A stretch of DNA of 64,000 nucleotides from Actinomycetota bacterium (GTDB taxonomy: Bacteria > Actinomycetota > Thermoleophilia > Gaiellales > F1-60-MAGs149): the NCBI GenBank assembly GCA_026392355.1, contig JAPLCF010000041.1:204716-268715 (forward strand). Reading direction: 5' to 3'. Position 1 is the stretch's first letter. The number at the start of each line of letters is the position of its first letter. Of the stretch, positions 62,221-64,000 are shown one piece after another. The translations under genes were made by a program, and so were the position numbers. The notes beneath the pieces are model-generated. The model was not told where the DNA came from and did not search any database. It saw only the letters and a list, made by a program, of their open reading frames with translations.

Positions 62221-63531
62221 TTACGACCAGGGGTACGGGCTGTTCGACACCGGGTGAAGATCACCCGAGGCGAAGCGCTCGTAGCGGAACGGGTGGAGGA
62301 GCGAGGAGTGATCGCCGAGGACCACGTTCGCGACCTCCTTGCCAACGCCAATCATCTTGTAGCCGTGGTTCGAGTCGGCGATGACGTAGACGTTGGGAAG
62401 CATGTAGTCGAAGACCGGGAAGTTATCGACCGTGAACGAGCCGACGCCGCCGGAGCGGGCCGTCTTGTAGTTGGCACGGCAGCCCTCGAAGCGCTCCATG
62501 CAGTGCGAGAGGCTCGCGCACCACATGTCCGGGAAGGCCGGGTCGACGCTGGAGCTCGGGTACGGATCAATCTCGAAGTCCGTATCGAGAGCGATCGGCG
62601 CAGCGCCGCCCTGGATGCCGTGACGATCGCGCTTGAAGTAGTTACCCCACAGCTCGTCGGTGACGAGCTTGCCGTCGTCCGTGTAGAGCGGTGCGTCGGA
62701 GTCGACGTGCAGGACCGGCGGCATCTTGCCGTCAGCCGTTGCGTGCATCAGCGGGTCGACGGCGATCTCGCCCTCCTGCAGGTACCAGAACGTCCACATG
62801 TTCTGGTCCTTGTGGATGTCGCCGGTCGGCGTGCGGACGTCGAGGCGGTCCGGCAGGCCGAGCATCTCCCACATGCGGGGGATCCAGGGGCCGACGCCGA
62901 TGATGACCTGCTCGCACTCGATCGGGCCACCGGAGGTCTCGACCTTGGTGACGGCGCCAGTGGCGTCGGTCACGAAGCCGTTGACCTTGATGCCCTCGAT
63001 GATGGTGACGCCCTCGGCCTTGGCCTTGTTGGCGATACCGTGCAGCGACTCGACGTTGAACGCGAAGCCACCCTTGTGCTCGTGCAGCGCGACCTTCAGG
63101 CCCGGCGCACGCCAGTCGGGGAACAGCTTGAGCATGTGCTCGCGGACGTTGTCCTCGCCGGTGATCAGCGTGGAGGGGTAGCCGATCTGCTCGTGGCGAC
63201 CAGCGACCTCGGTCAGATCGCCGACCTGGCCCTCGGGGCCAAGGGCGATGTAGCCGACCTCGTGGTAGTGGTACGCCTCGGGGTCGGACTCCCAGACCTC
63301 GACGTTGGCGGCCATCAGCTCAGACATGGCCGGCTGGTAGTAGTTGTTGCGGACCACGCCGCAGGCGATGCCCGACGCGCCGGCAGCGATGCCGGACTTG
63401 TCGATGATCGTGATGTCGGCACCCGAGCCGACGCCACGCGCCTTGAGCTGCTTGGCGAGGTGGTACCCGGTCGACAGACCGTGGATACCTGCGCCGATGA
63501 TCAGGTACTTGGTAGAGCTGGGGACGGACAT
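62221..63531 (-). CDS. FAD-dependent oxidoreductase (DAO / sarcosine-oxidase-beta-like)
   Basis: ATG 63531 preceded by GGGAGAGG (ORF 62221..63570). KYLIIGAGIHGLSTGYHLAK dinucleotide fold. Substrate cannot be assigned by eye. Confidence 0.75.
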   Translation of the reverse strand: MSVPSSTKYLIIGAGIHGLSTGYHLAKQLKARGVGSGADITIIDKSGIAAGASGIACGVVRNNYYQPAMSELMAANVEVWESDPEAYHYHEVGYIALGPEGQVGDLTEVAGRHEQIGYPSTLITGEDNVREHMLKLFPDWRAPGLKVALHEHKGGFAFNVESLHGIANKAKAEGVTIIEGIKVNGFVTDATGAVTKVETSGGPIECEQVIIGVGPWIPRMWEMLGLPDRLDVRTPTGDIHKDQNMWTFWYLQEGEIAVDPLMHATADGKMPPVLHVDSDAPLYTDDGKLVTDELWGNYFKRDRHGIQGGAAPIALDTDFEIDPYPSSSVDPAFPDMWCASLSHCMERFEGCRANYKTARSGGVGSFTVDNFPVFDYMLPNVYVIADSNHGYKMIGVGKEVANVVLGDHSSLLHPFRYERFASGDLHPVSNSPYPWS

Positions 63532-63559
63532 ATGTCTGAGCCTCTCCCTGTGTTGGCGA

Positions 63560-63580
63560 TACGGCAACACCGTTGCCGTA
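63560..63580. promoter_or_regulatory. perfect 9-3-9 palindrome upstream of the FAD oxidoreductase
   Basis: TACGGCAAC-ACC-GTTGCCGTA, 29 nt upstream of ATG 63531 in a divergent intergenic region. Confidence 0.3.
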
Positions 63581-63650
63581 GGTGATGGACGGAGTGTAGC
63601 GGACGAACGGGCGGAGGGGAAGGCGCGCCGCTCGCGTACCCTGCGGGGCT

Positions 63651-64000
63651 ATGGAGAACTGGGTTCTGCTCGATCTCGATCCGCTCGCCGCCGCCCGCCT
63701 GGGGCTGCCCGAGCAGGTCTTCGTCCCCGCCGACATCGATAGCGCGTCAGCCACGCCGGCCGATCTGATCGGCTACGCCGCACAGTTTGCCGATGCCGAG
63801 CCCGACCATCCGCTGGCGGCCGAGCATCGGCGCATCGCCGCCAAGCAGCGTCCGATGACGCTGGCACAACAGGCGCTCGCCGAGCAGCGCTGGGACGACG
63901 CGCTGGCGCACGTCGATGCGGTCCTCGTGATCGATCCGCAGGATGCTCCCGCGCGACTCAACCGGGCGGCGGCGCTGCGCGAGACCGGCGAGGCGCAGGC
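63651..64000 (+). CDS. hypothetical protein, N-terminal part (3' end outside the window), possibly TPR-like
   Basis: Not in the ORF track (no stop in the window). Hand translation from ATG 63651: MENWVLLDLDPLAAARLGLPEQVFVPADIDS...QQALAEQRWDDALAHVDAVLVIDPQDAPARLNRAAALRETGEAQ. GC3-rich codon usage. The last segment resembles a TPR helix pair. Confidence 0.4.
   Translation, partial: MENWVLLDLDPLAAARLGLPEQVFVPADIDSASATPADLIGYAAQFADAEPDHPLAAEHRRIAAKQRPMTLAQQALAEQRWDDALAHVDAVLVIDPQDAPARLNRAAALRETGEAQ

Overview
This is a 64-kb stretch of a very GC-rich, Gram-positive-type chromosome. DUF2469, CarD, full-length Lhr, an MPEGDT-type Nei and the folPBK..coaX..lysS..clpC..radA/disA..carD-ispD-ispF-cysS-rlmB order point to an actinobacterium, probably a deep-branching one. 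I call about 62 protein genes and 2 tRNAs: a CAT anticodon (Met/Ile2) and Thr-UGU.

The backbone is housekeeping:
- folate synthesis (folP-folB-folK), coaX, dus, greA, lysS, clpC
- radA, disA, carD, ispD/ispF, a gltX-like gene, cysS, rlmB
- selD, secG, acnA, a type IIA topoisomerase B/A pair, fumC, lgt, lhr

Small lineage-specific insertions sit between these blocks:
- a Fur/Zur repressor and ZIP transporter pair flanking a near-consensus Fur box
- a glutaredoxin-like::thioredoxin-reductase fusion
- a secreted-protein plus phage-tail-collar-domain operon
- a Phd/YefM-VapC toxin-antitoxin pair
- an HNH endonuclease abutting tRNA-Thr
- a chrA-MATE operon

I found no large new multi-gene system. 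The observations I rate highest:
1. A Bacillus Spo0H-type sigma factor (SigH family) in the Firmicute position after rlmB, preceded by an AT-rich leader.
2. A compact GluRS-like protein with a degenerate KMSKS motif (KLSSS).
3. Intergenic palindromic repeats with GGATCCGGATCC or GGGCCCGGGCCC cores at convergent gene junctions, each next to a long hairpin that includes the 3' end of the minus-strand gene.
4. A 105-bp MITE-like element with 33-bp inverted ends in a divergent promoter region, followed by a perfect 16-bp hairpin that buries a start codon.
5. An HNH reading frame that stays open to the 3' end of tRNA-Thr without a canonical start codon.
6. A ParC-like topoisomerase subunit with a roughly 100-aa acidic N-terminal extension, and a fumarase with a lysine/alanine-rich tail.

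All functional calls rest on motif recognition by eye in the supplied translations. No database search was run. Many long ORFs in the track are antisense artefacts of the high GC content and were ignored. Coordinates include the stop codon, as in the ORF track.
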